Shown here piece after piece: positions 52,901-62,369 of a stretch of DNA of 64,000 bases. A program made the position numbers and the translations under genes. This stretch comes from Arcobacteraceae bacterium (GTDB lineage Bacteria > Campylobacterota > Campylobacteria > Campylobacterales > Arcobacteraceae). The notes below the pieces were generated by a model that saw nothing but the letters and a program-made list of their open reading frames with translations, made no database searches and was not told the origin of the DNA. Each line of letters begins with the position of its first letter. Position 1 is the stretch's first letter. The stretch covers positions 9,660-73,659 of the forward strand of contig JBLWVX010000011.1 of assembly GCA_048268245.1 (NCBI GenBank), written 5' to 3'.

Positions 52901-55005
52901 TTGAAGAATTAGGAAATATAGATAAAGAAAATATTGTAAAACAATTTAATGCATTCAATGGTGAATGGTTAATTAAAATGATTACAGAAAATGATAAGAA
53001 TAAAAAAGAAAAAGAATCAATAATTTCTGCATACAAATATATGACCTCTCTTGTAGATACAGATGAAATTACATGGGTACCTATGTCAGTTGCTGAGATG
53101 ATAAGAGTTTCAGGAAATGTTGGACTATCGATGTCCGATAGTGATTTTTCAAGATACAATGAATCTAAAAATGATGAAGATTCAAAACTAAATAAGGGTG
53201 CTATTTCAGATGATATTCTTCTTGTTGGATTTAAAGATGACCATGTAATTTTATACCCAGTTGAAGTAAAATCAAGTAGTGCAGACATAAAAAAAGCAAT
53301 AGAACAATCAAAATCTCTTAGAAACTTTTTCTATGAGCATCTTTTTGAAGGGAATAGTTTAAAAACTAGACTTCTAAAAGGTCTCTTTATAAGACAAGTA
53401 TTTATGCAAGTAGAGAAATATGAGCTTTATGATATTTTTGATGAGTCTTATTTTAATCCATTATATGAAAAAAGAGAACAACTACTAGATGGTGAATTTA
53501 AACTAATAGATTTAGATAATTACTCTAAATGTTCAGTGATTGCATTCTTAGAAAAAGAATACAATACTACAATGAAAATTGAAGAGGATATTGTCTTAAA
53601 AATTCAAATGCCATATCCATTTCAAAAGCAAATGATTCACTTATCATATGATGAACTAAAAGATAAAGTTTACAATGGTACTTTTGGTGGAAATGAAAAA
53701 TTCATATTATCAAAAACAAGCGAAACAAAAAATGAACCTAATGAAAGTACTACAACAATACAAACTATAGAACAAGAAGAAAATTTAGAAGAATCTATAG
53801 AAGAAATACCTAATGAAACTACTATTGATACTAAGCCTACAGAATCGCTAAAACCAATAGAAATTAAATTTGGTATGGATAGTATAGAACACGAAGAGAT
53901 TTTTTGGTATCCAACAGATACAAGACAAAATCAAAATACTAATACAGGTATCATAGGTACTATGGGTACAGGTAAGACTCAATTTACAAAATCACTTGTA
54001 ACACAACTAGTTAATCAATCTTCAAATAATGTAGGTGCATCTAAAATAGATATGATTATCTTTGACTATAAGGGTGACTATATTGGAGAAGACTTTGTAA
54101 ATGCAACTAATGCAACTGTGTATGAACTTGAAAAACTTCCTATAAATCCTTTAGAATTATTTGGGAACAAGCCAAAACTTCCTACTCATACGGGTAGGAC
54201 TTTAACAACTACATTAGCAAAAGCTTTTAATCTTGGTAATGTTCAAAAATCAATCCTAAAAAATGCAATACAAAATGCTTATCAAGAAAAAGGTATAGAG
54301 TCATCAGATAAAGATACTTGGAATTTAACTGCTCCAACTTTAGAAGATGTATGGGATTTATATACTCAAAGTGATGATGTCAAACAAGATTCTCTTTATG
54401 CCGCCCTTGATGATTTGATAGATTTTGAGATATTTGAAAGTGATACATCAAAAACAAAATCACTTTATGATGTGATTGATGGCGTTACAGTTATGAATCT
54501 ATCAGGATATGACTCAAATATACAAAATCTTGTAGTAGCAATTATTTTAGACCTTTTTTATGTACAAATGCACAATAGAGGTTCTTCAAGCGTAGATGGT
54601 GATTTTAGACAAATTACTAAAATGATACTTGTAGATGAAGCAGATAATTTTATGTCTCAAGATTTTGATAGTCTGAAAAAAATACTTAAAGAAGGTAGAG
54701 AGTTTGGAGTAGGAACAATACTATCAACTCAAGAATTAACACACTTTAAAACTTCAGAAGATAATTATGCAAACTATATCTTTACTTGGATAGTACATAA
54801 AGTGGCAAATATCAAAACACAGGATATTCAATCTATTTTTAATATTAATAGCAAAGTAGAAGCAGAAGGACTTATGAGTCAAGTCAGAGAACTTCAGAAA
54901 CATTATAGCTTTTATGTAGATGGAAATAAAGAAATTAAAAAGATGCGTGACTTAGCATTTTGGGAACTAAATAAATTATTACGAAGAGAGAAAAATGGAA
55001 TATAA
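49930..55005 (+). CDS. dndH: Phosphorothioation-dependent restriction protein DndH/DptH (likely start ATG 49951)
   Basis: DPKVTLDFF, IHYSDQY, FNAFNGEWL, nuclease SDDIL...PVEVK, HerA/FtsK-like GTMGTGKT, FDYKGDY, DEAD, EGREFG. Confidence 0.92.
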   Translation: MIVEMQFMLKQQYNDFLVDILYKWLSNNIKEGHRYKYYSENHEYLKRLSNSFHKYNLENLIHKDNKLCYIKINEVKLIILSELEMNNGFISNLRDEKIKNSSLLIFDTSKIDTLDSTTINLELEDYPLNPILIKDYLETLINEETKYPTLFKYLLEYQTKFLIAEEQSAFGYEALYNSVIDNKINFQAFELFKDEDLYNLENDKKSIEKRIKDNEERYRKIKDTIINFPNELDEKLQSYSPEFIKDKITINDWPDLTYNDLKNEEENNKGQKISFDKIVENMFGVKTFIRSTSSSAAGQRAQNIIIFTKDSNFSLSFKFNGYGIKTSEFSTDAKNLTTELKYDGGKRELTFSVKDYDFTPNFFNINLKRIKTSENHKFRVLLVNENDFNLDLIKNHFIIKPKEKHILLQLDEDEFNLDFNPNKNTSIKLEKDKQEIDIETFGKIDIEEYYKNNDEVNFTIKNGTNTLTFFVEGSKDEDEFPIPFLFDKNRAKANRLFNDNKNTEFNKLKNKAIYDGREKTIGGERLNYIKYEQEFIDKNKFILNTQIDSDISHLENIDQNIYSSFKDLISYFRDNRTTPSLCAWNDELFELSEIFINSYLEYMKNIEENIFLSNDVITLFEFGFVYKENKKMMSPFSPLILSYIINLVKEVKEDESFKNLSDVTLNRLNAKGLFPYLYINSENYAFTNVVKENSLWLEFIPNEENEFSYIKKLSLEKIDEFTSSFQDLFEFKKDAPLIINSINNSKNEELFEGIVTFYKKTIKESKTPIKTIVNIYDENYHFTSFDLFADLDKYDDIKNKFSFIKKDDDSLIDIIRTNLSYSKHNIDEEQNYSHLSFFKNNERVQIQERTFEQTKSGLLSNGLISGESSQKDEKFYYSGFGLKNVQDLTKSHIQLAKIYNSMQKAVYNPGANYKSNENISLMISENFRTLLKKSYKSSLWTVVIDPKVTLDFFDNEENLILIHYSDQYSSSANYDAVTVTAQKELYSNVLFEELGNIDKENIVKQFNAFNGEWLIKMITENDKNKKEKESIISAYKYMTSLVDTDEITWVPMSVAEMIRVSGNVGLSMSDSDFSRYNESKNDEDSKLNKGAISDDILLVGFKDDHVILYPVEVKSSSADIKKAIEQSKSLRNFFYEHLFEGNSLKTRLLKGLFIRQVFMQVEKYELYDIFDESYFNPLYEKREQLLDGEFKLIDLDNYSKCSVIAFLEKEYNTTMKIEEDIVLKIQMPYPFQKQMIHLSYDELKDKVYNGTFGGNEKFILSKTSETKNEPNESTTTIQTIEQEENLEESIEEIPNETTIDTKPTESLKPIEIKFGMDSIEHEEIFWYPTDTRQNQNTNTGIIGTMGTGKTQFTKSLVTQLVNQSSNNVGASKIDMIIFDYKGDYIGEDFVNATNATVYELEKLPINPLELFGNKPKLPTHTGRTLTTTLAKAFNLGNVQKSILKNAIQNAYQEKGIESSDKDTWNLTAPTLEDVWDLYTQSDDVKQDSLYAALDDLIDFEIFESDTSKTKSLYDVIDGVTVMNLSGYDSNIQNLVVAIILDLFYVQMHNRGSSSVDGDFRQITKMILVDEADNFMSQDFDSLKKILKEGREFGVGTILSTQELTHFKTSEDNYANYIFTWIVHKVANIKTQDIQSIFNINSKVEAEGLMSQVRELQKHYSFYVDGNKEIKKMRDLAFWELNKLLRREKNGI

Positions 55006-55600
55006 ACTAGATTATGTTGAATTTAAAGAAAATGTTGCTGATAGTGTTTCAGAAGGTGCTGGTATTTATCAAATTATAGCATTGCCATTTTCAGAAAAAA
55101 TTAAAATTGATGATATTGATATGCTACATGGTTATGTAGATTATTGCCAAAACTCTTTTTTACATTCTTGGGAAAATAAAGTTAAAGCAAAAACCCTTTT
55201 TAAGGACAGAAAGATACAAATAGAGATGAATAAAATTTACCCTAAGCAAATTAAGAACTCTGAACAATATATAAAGGATAAAAGTAAAAAAGAGTTAAGA
55301 GAGTTTTTTTTACAATTTTTACCATTTTTACCTTCATTATATATTGGGATCGCAGATAATTTAAAAAGACGTTTTCAAGACCATACAAGAATTACAGATC
55401 AAGATAGTACTATTTACAAGATTACAAATGATACGGAATATAAAATTTTTTCTGATGCAAAAATTTATTTTATTTGGAAAGAAATTGAAACTGGCTCTTT
55501 GCCAGATGGAGTCAAATTAAGAGAAGATATTTTAGAAGACTTTGAAAGAGTTATGATACAAACAAGAAAACCACTAATTAATAAAGTAAAAAGGAAATAA
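54995..55600 (+). CDS. GIY-YIG nuclease-like protein with a long insertion between the GIY and YIG motifs
   Basis: AGIYQI (aa ~22) ... LYIGIADNLKRRFQDH (aa ~115) ... FERVMI...KPLIN; overlaps the dndH stop. Confidence 0.72.
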   Translation: MEYKLDYVEFKENVADSVSEGAGIYQIIALPFSEKIKIDDIDMLHGYVDYCQNSFLHSWENKVKAKTLFKDRKIQIEMNKIYPKQIKNSEQYIKDKSKKELREFFLQFLPFLPSLYIGIADNLKRRFQDHTRITDQDSTIYKITNDTEYKIFSDAKIYFIWKEIETGSLPDGVKLREDILEDFERVMIQTRKPLINKVKRK

Positions 55601-55602
55601 TT

Positions 55603-57000
55603 ATGAGTGAAGATTCAATAGATTTATCTGGAGAGGAAAGTGTAGAGGATTACTTTTGTCAAAAAGGTGAGTTTACAAATGTTACTTATTATATGACATC
55701 ACTTAGTTTAGCTGAAGCAGCAGATGGGTTAAATTATGAAAATGAGATTTTAACAGATGGTTCATTTGCAGAAAGAATGCAAAGAGATATTAATGAAAAA
55801 AGAGCTCAAGAAGAAATTTATGAAGGTTACTTAAAACATAATGGAACTAGGTTTTTTAATGCATTAGTAGTTACTTTTATTCCAGAGACTAATGATGATT
55901 CAGGTTATTTAATAGAAAAAGAATTAGGAAAAGATTTTGTAAAGTTGAGTGTAAAAAAGAGTGTAAAGAAACTTGTGTTAGATGGACAACATAGACTATT
56001 TGCATTAAGATCATTAAGACATGATATTTTAACAAAAAAAGTAAATGATCCCGAATTGAAAAGAATTAAAGTGCCTGTTGTTTTTGTATCTTTCTCTAAC
56101 TTAGATAATAATATCACAGATATAACACCTATTAGGCAAGATATTATAAGTGAAACTAGAAATGTCTTTATTTCGCTAAATAAAACAGCAAAGAAAATAG
56201 ATAAATATACTGCATTAATAACTGATGATAGTGATTTATCAGCCGTATCTGCAAGAAGGTTATTGGAGACAGGAAGAATAGATGAAATATTTGTAAAGTG
56301 GGCTATCCCAAATCATGCATTAAGTCAGTATGACCCTTATTTCACTACATTAAATTTTTTAAATGATTGTTTTGATGTATGTGAATCAAATTTTAATACA
56401 TCCATAGAAGATGAAAAGAAGTCATTATCAAATGACGAAAAAGAAAAACTAATAAATGAAAAATATTTTGATTTTGTTGAGGAACTAGGATTTACTCCAA
56501 GTATTTTAATTGAAGACTTTTTTATAAAAAATAACTTTTTTAATGAATGGAAACAGTCATTAGAGACTATAACTTTACCAAAACAACCTTCTTTACCAGA
56601 ACTTTCAAAGGATGATAGACTATTAATTAAATCAATAAGATCAAATAATATATTAGCAACTATAGCTGGACAAAAAGCATTATTTCTTGCCATAGTAAAT
56701 TCATTTAATTTAATGGGAGACGATACTGAAGAGAAAAATGAAAACATTTTTTCCAGAATCAATGAATTACATTCGAAAGAATTCTTTAATAGAGAAAGTG
56801 ATATTTGGAAATTAATATTAGTTAGAAATGATAAAAACAAAAGTATGATTTTTAAAATTAGTAATATTTTAATTGCACAAAAACTAATAAGTTTTGTACT
56901 TTTAAAGAAAGAAAAAGAATGTCAAGTCTTTTGTAATTCTATAGTCGAAGATATAGGTATTGATAATAAGTTTTCACTACTTAGTGAATATTTAAAATAA
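55603..57000 (+). CDS. DGQHR-domain (DndB/ParB-like fold) protein
   Basis: MQRDINEKRA, YL, FFNALVV, LDGQHRLFAL, FISLNKTAK. Confidence 0.88.
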   Translation: MSEDSIDLSGEESVEDYFCQKGEFTNVTYYMTSLSLAEAADGLNYENEILTDGSFAERMQRDINEKRAQEEIYEGYLKHNGTRFFNALVVTFIPETNDDSGYLIEKELGKDFVKLSVKKSVKKLVLDGQHRLFALRSLRHDILTKKVNDPELKRIKVPVVFVSFSNLDNNITDITPIRQDIISETRNVFISLNKTAKKIDKYTALITDDSDLSAVSARRLLETGRIDEIFVKWAIPNHALSQYDPYFTTLNFLNDCFDVCESNFNTSIEDEKKSLSNDEKEKLINEKYFDFVEELGFTPSILIEDFFIKNNFFNEWKQSLETITLPKQPSLPELSKDDRLLIKSIRSNNILATIAGQKALFLAIVNSFNLMGDDTEEKNENIFSRINELHSKEFFNRESDIWKLILVRNDKNKSMIFKISNILIAQKLISFVLLKKEKECQVFCNSIVEDIGIDNKFSLLSEYLK

Positions 57001-57010
57001 GAGATACTAT

Positions 57011-57748
57011 ATGAGAGAATTTTATTATAAAAATAAACTAATCGTTTTACTTATATTAATTGTTATAGCTTTTATAGTTCACATAGCCATATATGAACTA
57101 AATTTCAAACTTTTAGTAGAGACTTTAATTTTTGCATTTATTGCATTTGTTTTCTTTGATTGGGTAGCAAATGTTACTACTAAAAAAGAATTATTTGAAA
57201 ATTTATTTAGAATGATGAAAAATCATAATGATAACATTGATATGGGGTTTGAAAGAGTGATTTTAAATGCTGGTAAAATTGATTATAAAGAGTTAATAAA
57301 TAAATCATCAAATATTTATATATGCCAAATATATGGAAGACAGTGGCTTAGTAATTATAAAAGAGCCATCATAGAAAAGTTAAGTAATGATCCAAATGCA
57401 AAAATACATTTTCTAATTTATGATGAAAAAAATGTATCTATAAAAGGTTATTCTCATTTATTTACTGAAGGTTCTAAAAAGAAACTATCTTCAAAAATTA
57501 AAGAAAGTTTAGAAATATGTGAGTCAATAAAAGAGATTAAACCTTCTCAAGTGAAAATTACAAAAGTTAAAGATAGACCTCTTATAGGTGCAATTTATAT
57601 CTTTGACAATTACTTAATTCAAATTCCTTTATCTGTATCAAAAAAAGATTTTTCAAACTTTATTGCATACGAATTTGAAAAAACTGAAAATGAAAATGAT
57701 GGATATAAAGTATTTAAATCACAAGTTGAAGAATTAATAGAAAATTAA
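57011..57748 (+). CDS. 2-TM membrane protein with a degenerate PLD-like (DUF5919-like) cytoplasmic domain
   Basis: Two N-terminal hydrophobic helices, then IDYKELINKSSNIYICQIYGRQW, KIHFLIYD, AIYIFDNYLI; no HxK motif. Confidence 0.55.
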   Translation: MREFYYKNKLIVLLILIVIAFIVHIAIYELNFKLLVETLIFAFIAFVFFDWVANVTTKKELFENLFRMMKNHNDNIDMGFERVILNAGKIDYKELINKSSNIYICQIYGRQWLSNYKRAIIEKLSNDPNAKIHFLIYDEKNVSIKGYSHLFTEGSKKKLSSKIKESLEICESIKEIKPSQVKITKVKDRPLIGAIYIFDNYLIQIPLSVSKKDFSNFIAYEFEKTENENDGYKVFKSQVEELIEN

Positions 57749-58146
57749 AGAAACTCCTGTTTAATCCATTCAAAAATATTACTATTTTCATTTAGTGAAG
57801 AGGCTAAAATGTTAAAGCCTCTTTCACAGTGTTGTTCTAGTTTTAGTTCAAGACCTCTAAGAGTATTTACTTTTTTCTTCTCATAGTTAGATATAAATAA
57901 AGCTATCATATCAGTATAGTCAGCTTGTACACCTTGTGTATCTACTTTGCCTTTACCTGTTATAACATCAAGAGCATAAGTTTTACCATCTTTGAAATCT
58001 ATTTTTTCACTTGAATCTAACTCTTCCTCAATTGATAATGAAATAAATATAGCAAATCTTATAGTTACCCATCTAGGATCTTTTTCAAAACCTAAAAGTT
58101 TAGCTATTCTTGGGATCTGTAGTTCTGTATGTGCAGTTGTTCTCAT
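57745..58146 (-). CDS. dndE: DNA sulfur modification protein DndE
   Basis: Small protein directly after dndD; RFAIFISL and HCERG motifs of the DndE family. Confidence 0.75.
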   Translation of the reverse strand: MRTTAHTELQIPRIAKLLGFEKDPRWVTIRFAIFISLSIEEELDSSEKIDFKDGKTYALDVITGKGKVDTQGVQADYTDMIALFISNYEKKKVNTLRGLELKLEQHCERGFNILASSLNENSNIFEWIKQEFL

Positions 58147-60105
58147 TTATTTATACCTATTTTCAAAAAAGTCTGATTTATTTTGTTCATTCATTGATGT
58201 GGCTGAACCTTGGTTTGATAATGTAAAGATTTGAGATATTTCATCTTTTAAGTTTTTAAATCCTTCATGTCTTAATTCACTTGGTGTTGGTAATATTAAC
58301 ACTTGTGATGAAGCATTTGGATAGAATTGATTTAAAATAAGCGATTGGTTCTTTTCATCAAGTCTTCCAAGAGGAGTATCAATAATCATAGGTATTTCTT
58401 CTGAAATATATTCAGATATTCCCCAGATAAGTGCAGTTGCAATTACTTGTTTTTGCCCTGATGAACTAGATAGTATATCCATTGCTCTTTGATTTTTATC
58501 AAATACATTTATATTAAAATCATTATCTAAAACAATTTTATCTGCTTCATAACCTTCTTTTTTAAGTAAGTTAAATTTAATGTTAATAGACTCTTCTAAC
58601 ATTTCTCTTTTATCTTCTTTTATTTTTTCTTTCATTTGTTTAGATACTTTAATAGTAGCTTCCAAAGATTCTATTTTGATTTTTGCTAGAGAGTTTTGAT
58701 GATCTTGAATACTTGTTTTTGCAATTTCTCTTTCTATTTCTTTTTTATCTAAGCTTAGTTGATTAAGTTTATTTTCTAACTCATTTATCCTTTCTTTTTG
58801 TACACCAATATCTTGAGCTATAAGTTTAACTTTTTTAAAGTCTTCTTCATACTCTTTCTTATCATCTTGCATTTGAAGTTCTAGTGAGTATATCTCATCT
58901 TCATAGTGTTTAATATCATCTTTTATTGATATTAATCTATCTAGAATATTTGACAAACTTACTTCTTTTAGTTCTTTGTATTGTGCTTCAATTTTTATAG
59001 AATCAGCAAAAGGTACACTCTGCTTATTATTTTCAGAGTTAAATACCTTATCAAATATCTTTTCAATAGAGTCTTTTTGTGAGTCTTCTATTTGAGATAA
59101 AAACTCTTTTCTTTTAATATCTATAATATTTTTAGAAATAGATATATTACCTTTATAGTTTTCATTTAAATCTTTACTTACTTTTTCTTTTAGTTTTCTA
59201 TTTAAAAGTAAAGGAAGCTGAATATAACTTAACTCTTTAAACGTAGTCAGATACTTCTGTTTCTCTTCTTCAAGATTAGATAGATTTTCTTTTGCTTCTT
59301 TCAAAGGTTTTTTATGTTTACCTTCTAACTTTTTAAGTCTTTTATCTAATTGATTTTCTTGTGAAATTAATTCTTTAAGTTTTAAAGTCTCTTCTTTTAA
59401 ACTTTCTTCTTTTTCTTCTATTGCTGATTTTATATTCTCTAACTCTTCTTCTTTTTGAGTTAGTATCTTTTGAAGTTCTGGATTCAACTCTTGCTTGTTA
59501 ATCTTTTTTATTACATTTTCAGAGTCCATTACTAATTGATCATAAATATCTAGCTCTAAAACATCTTCAAGCATTTGTCTAAATTCATCTTTACTAAAGT
59601 CTGCAATAGTTTGAATCTTTTCTCCATCAAAGAAAAAGAATTTTGCTAAAGTAGGAGAGATTTTATAGTTTATAAAGTCTTGTGCTTCATAATCATAAAA
59701 GAAACTTTCATTTTCAAAATCTTGTATAGTTAATTTTTCATTGTAAGAGTTATCAGATATACTAAATTCTCTTTTTATTCTATATAAACCACCATCTTCT
59801 AACTCTATAATGATTGAAGCTTTGTTTTTACCTTCTGATTTTGCAATTCTATTTAAAACACCACTAAAATTTTTTGTAGAACTACCAATAATGTAGTCTT
59901 GTTTACTAAGAGTTAATTCACCTATTTGAAGTAAATCTTTTGTAATACCATGTAATGCAATTTTTATAGAATTAATAAATGAAGTCTTACCAAATCCATT
60001 TTCTCCAATTATAAGAGAGATTGGTTGTGATGCATTATTAAATTCAAACTTTATTTGTCCATGATATGAAAATAAGTTGTTAATAGTTATTGATTTAAAC
60101 TTCAT
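58147..60105 (-). CDS. dndD: DNA sulfur modification protein DndD (SMC-like ATPase)
   Basis: NLFSY, GENGFGKTS, FFFFDGEKI, coiled coil, SSGQKQ, IIDTPLGRLD. Confidence 0.92.
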   Translation of the reverse strand: MKFKSITINNLFSYHGQIKFEFNNASQPISLIIGENGFGKTSFINSIKIALHGITKDLLQIGELTLSKQDYIIGSSTKNFSGVLNRIAKSEGKNKASIIIELEDGGLYRIKREFSISDNSYNEKLTIQDFENESFFYDYEAQDFINYKISPTLAKFFFFDGEKIQTIADFSKDEFRQMLEDVLELDIYDQLVMDSENVIKKINKQELNPELQKILTQKEEELENIKSAIEEKEESLKEETLKLKELISQENQLDKRLKKLEGKHKKPLKEAKENLSNLEEEKQKYLTTFKELSYIQLPLLLNRKLKEKVSKDLNENYKGNISISKNIIDIKRKEFLSQIEDSQKDSIEKIFDKVFNSENNKQSVPFADSIKIEAQYKELKEVSLSNILDRLISIKDDIKHYEDEIYSLELQMQDDKKEYEEDFKKVKLIAQDIGVQKERINELENKLNQLSLDKKEIEREIAKTSIQDHQNSLAKIKIESLEATIKVSKQMKEKIKEDKREMLEESINIKFNLLKKEGYEADKIVLDNDFNINVFDKNQRAMDILSSSSGQKQVIATALIWGISEYISEEIPMIIDTPLGRLDEKNQSLILNQFYPNASSQVLILPTPSELRHEGFKNLKDEISQIFTLSNQGSATSMNEQNKSDFFENRYK

Positions 60106-61411
60106 TTATTTTTCCTAATGCGTATGCTTCAACAGTTTCTTCAATATCTGTAAATACTCCAGATCTTTTAAGTTGATGTCTATATTTATGTTCAGTTTGG
60201 ATTAGCTTATCCATAAGTTCAATTTGAATACCATTTTCTTCACATAGTGATTTAAAGTAATCTTGTTCTTCATTTGAAAAAGCTTTTTTAGACTCATGTC
60301 TAATATTTCGTCCATATCTATTTGCAAGACTTATTGCTGTTTCAAAGAAGTCTCCATCGTGAAGCCATTCTTTTTGAATCTGAATAATATCCTCATCTGA
60401 TATAAGGTATCTTCCCTCAAGATTATTAAGTAGGTCTTTTTCTATTTTTAAAAGTTTTTTAAAAAGTTCTTGTCTCGTAGCCATTGTAAATGGACCGAAA
60501 CCTTTTTGCCCATTTCTCCTAATAGATTGTCTTTTCCCTGAATCAACTTCTCTATATTTTTCTAGAATATTTCTAAACTTATGAAGTGGCGTCATCCATT
60601 TATCTTCTTTATGTCTAAGCATATTCTCCATAGACTTATCTTTTGAAACTACAGTACAAACCCAACAACCAAATCTAGTTTTCCCACATGATGGAGACTC
60701 TGGATTTAATGCAATATTACAATCAGCTTCACCACTACCTTTGTCATATAACTTCATCATATCATCATGGCTACCCCATGGTGCTTTATATGTACTTAAA
60801 AAACTCCATACTTCTGGATTAGTCCAATGTTTTACAGGAGATAATACAAATGCATTAGGAACATTGTCATGTTTTACTAGTCCTCTATGATTTCTATCTC
60901 TTTTCTCAATAGATTTTGCTCTTGTTTGTGATTCATCACTTCTTACACCAAGCAACATCAAAATTGATTTATTATTTGTTGAAAGTGAAGTTAAAAACTT
61001 TGTTGCAGGTTTTATTTTTAGTCTGTCTGTACACCATCTAAAGCTCTGATTTGGAGAAGGATACCCTTTACCTAGTAATAATGGCCAATATGAATCTTTT
61101 GATTCAGGAGATACAACAGCTACTTGCATATTTAATTGATGTTTATTTATAAATTTTCTTAATTCATCAATTTTCTTATGAAAATATTTATCGATAACAG
61201 GCATTTCTACTCTAGTATCAGATGATACTATATATACTGTTTTTGTATCTTTGTTTTCTTTTTTTAATTCTTGTATTACTTCAACTGTTAAATGTAATAC
61301 AGTAGATGAGTCTTTCCCACCAGAAAATGTAACAACCCATGGTCTATCATCTGCTAAATATTGTTCTTTTAATAATTGTTTAGTTTCTTCAATTCTTTCT
61401 GTAAGGTTCAT
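60095..61411 (-). CDS. dndC: DNA phosphorothioation sulfurtransferase DndC
   Basis: PWVVTFSGGKDS, DTRVE, GKGYPSP, RWCTDRLKIKP, GVRSDES, SCGKTRFGCWVCTVV. Confidence 0.95.
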   Translation of the reverse strand: MNLTERIEETKQLLKEQYLADDRPWVVTFSGGKDSSTVLHLTVEVIQELKKENKDTKTVYIVSSDTRVEMPVIDKYFHKKIDELRKFINKHQLNMQVAVVSPESKDSYWPLLLGKGYPSPNQSFRWCTDRLKIKPATKFLTSLSTNNKSILMLLGVRSDESQTRAKSIEKRDRNHRGLVKHDNVPNAFVLSPVKHWTNPEVWSFLSTYKAPWGSHDDMMKLYDKGSGEADCNIALNPESPSCGKTRFGCWVCTVVSKDKSMENMLRHKEDKWMTPLHKFRNILEKYREVDSGKRQSIRRNGQKGFGPFTMATRQELFKKLLKIEKDLLNNLEGRYLISDEDIIQIQKEWLHDGDFFETAISLANRYGRNIRHESKKAFSNEEQDYFKSLCEENGIQIELMDKLIQTEHKYRHQLKRSGVFTDIEETVEAYALGKINEV

Positions 61412-61590
61412 TTATATTTTATCTTATTTTTAAAGTTTTATTCTAATTTTTTAGAATGGTATCTAAATTTTCATTTAAAAGATGTTATGAAAAAATCTAT
61501 ATTTAATTAACTGAAATCAAATATAATATAATACTAGTAATAGTATTGGGGATTAGCCCCTCCCCTCATATTTAGAGTTTATAAAAAGTT

Positions 61591-62202
61591 TTATAATTTT
61601 CTACTTTTTATATAATCGTTTAAAGACTGCCTAGTACCAATACCAATATGATTTACAATCTTTTGATGAGATAATCCATAACTTAATAGTTCAATAATTT
61701 TATCTTTATGCTCATCATATTTAGACTTAACAAGTTGGCCTTTCTTTCTTCCTAGTTTTATACCTTGTGCTTTTCTTTGTGCTAATGCAGACTTAGTTCT
61801 CTCACTTATAAAAGACCTTTCCATTTGTGCAAATCCTGTAAGCAAAGTTAACATCATTTGATTTATTGGATTATCATTTTCAGAATTTACAATAATTCCA
61901 TCTTTAATGATATGAAGAATAATTCCTTTATTCTTTATATCTTCAATAATCTGCAAAACTTCAATAGTAGATCTTCCTAATCTATCTAATTTTGTAACTA
62001 TTAAAATATCTCCTTGATCTAATTTTTCTAAAGTATTATCTATTAATCTGCTCTTCTTATCTTTTTTTGATGATATTTCTATTTCAATAATTTCATCAAT
62101 TAAAAAATTCTTAGTATGAGCATAATCCAATATCTCTTTTCTCTGATTATCAGTTGTCTGTATTCCAGTTGAAACTCTTGCATATCCATAAATTTTACTC
62201 AT
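61591..62202 (-). CDS. Serine recombinase (resolvase family)
   Basis: YGYARVST, TKLDRLGRS, FAQMERSFISERTK, LGRKKG. Confidence 0.93.
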   Translation of the reverse strand: MSKIYGYARVSTGIQTTDNQRKEILDYAHTKNFLIDEIIEIEISSKKDKKSRLIDNTLEKLDQGDILIVTKLDRLGRSTIEVLQIIEDIKNKGIILHIIKDGIIVNSENDNPINQMMLTLLTGFAQMERSFISERTKSALAQRKAQGIKLGRKKGQLVKSKYDEHKDKIIELLSYGLSHQKIVNHIGIGTRQSLNDYIKSRKL

Positions 62203-62243
62203 GATTTAACCTTTTGTTGCTTTAAATGTCTTATTCTAATTAA

Positions 62244-62263
62244 ACTTTACATTCATGTAAAGT
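62244..62263. promoter_or_regulatory. Candidate res subsite upstream of the resolvase
   Basis: ACTTTACAT-tc-ATGTAAAGT: 9-bp inverted repeat with a 2-bp core. Confidence 0.45.
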
Positions 62264-62369
62264 CTTTATAATATATTTAAACTAGACAATAAAGTAATAT
62301 TAATTGAACGGTTAGACTTATTTTAAAAGCTCAAAATTACTTTTATTATATTTTGTTTATAAATAAATG

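Noticed and set aside
55603..57000. Calling the DGQHR gene the canonical dndB
   Set aside because: It is on the opposite strand from dndCDE, longer than a typical DndB, and coupled to a nuclease gene; left without a symbol.
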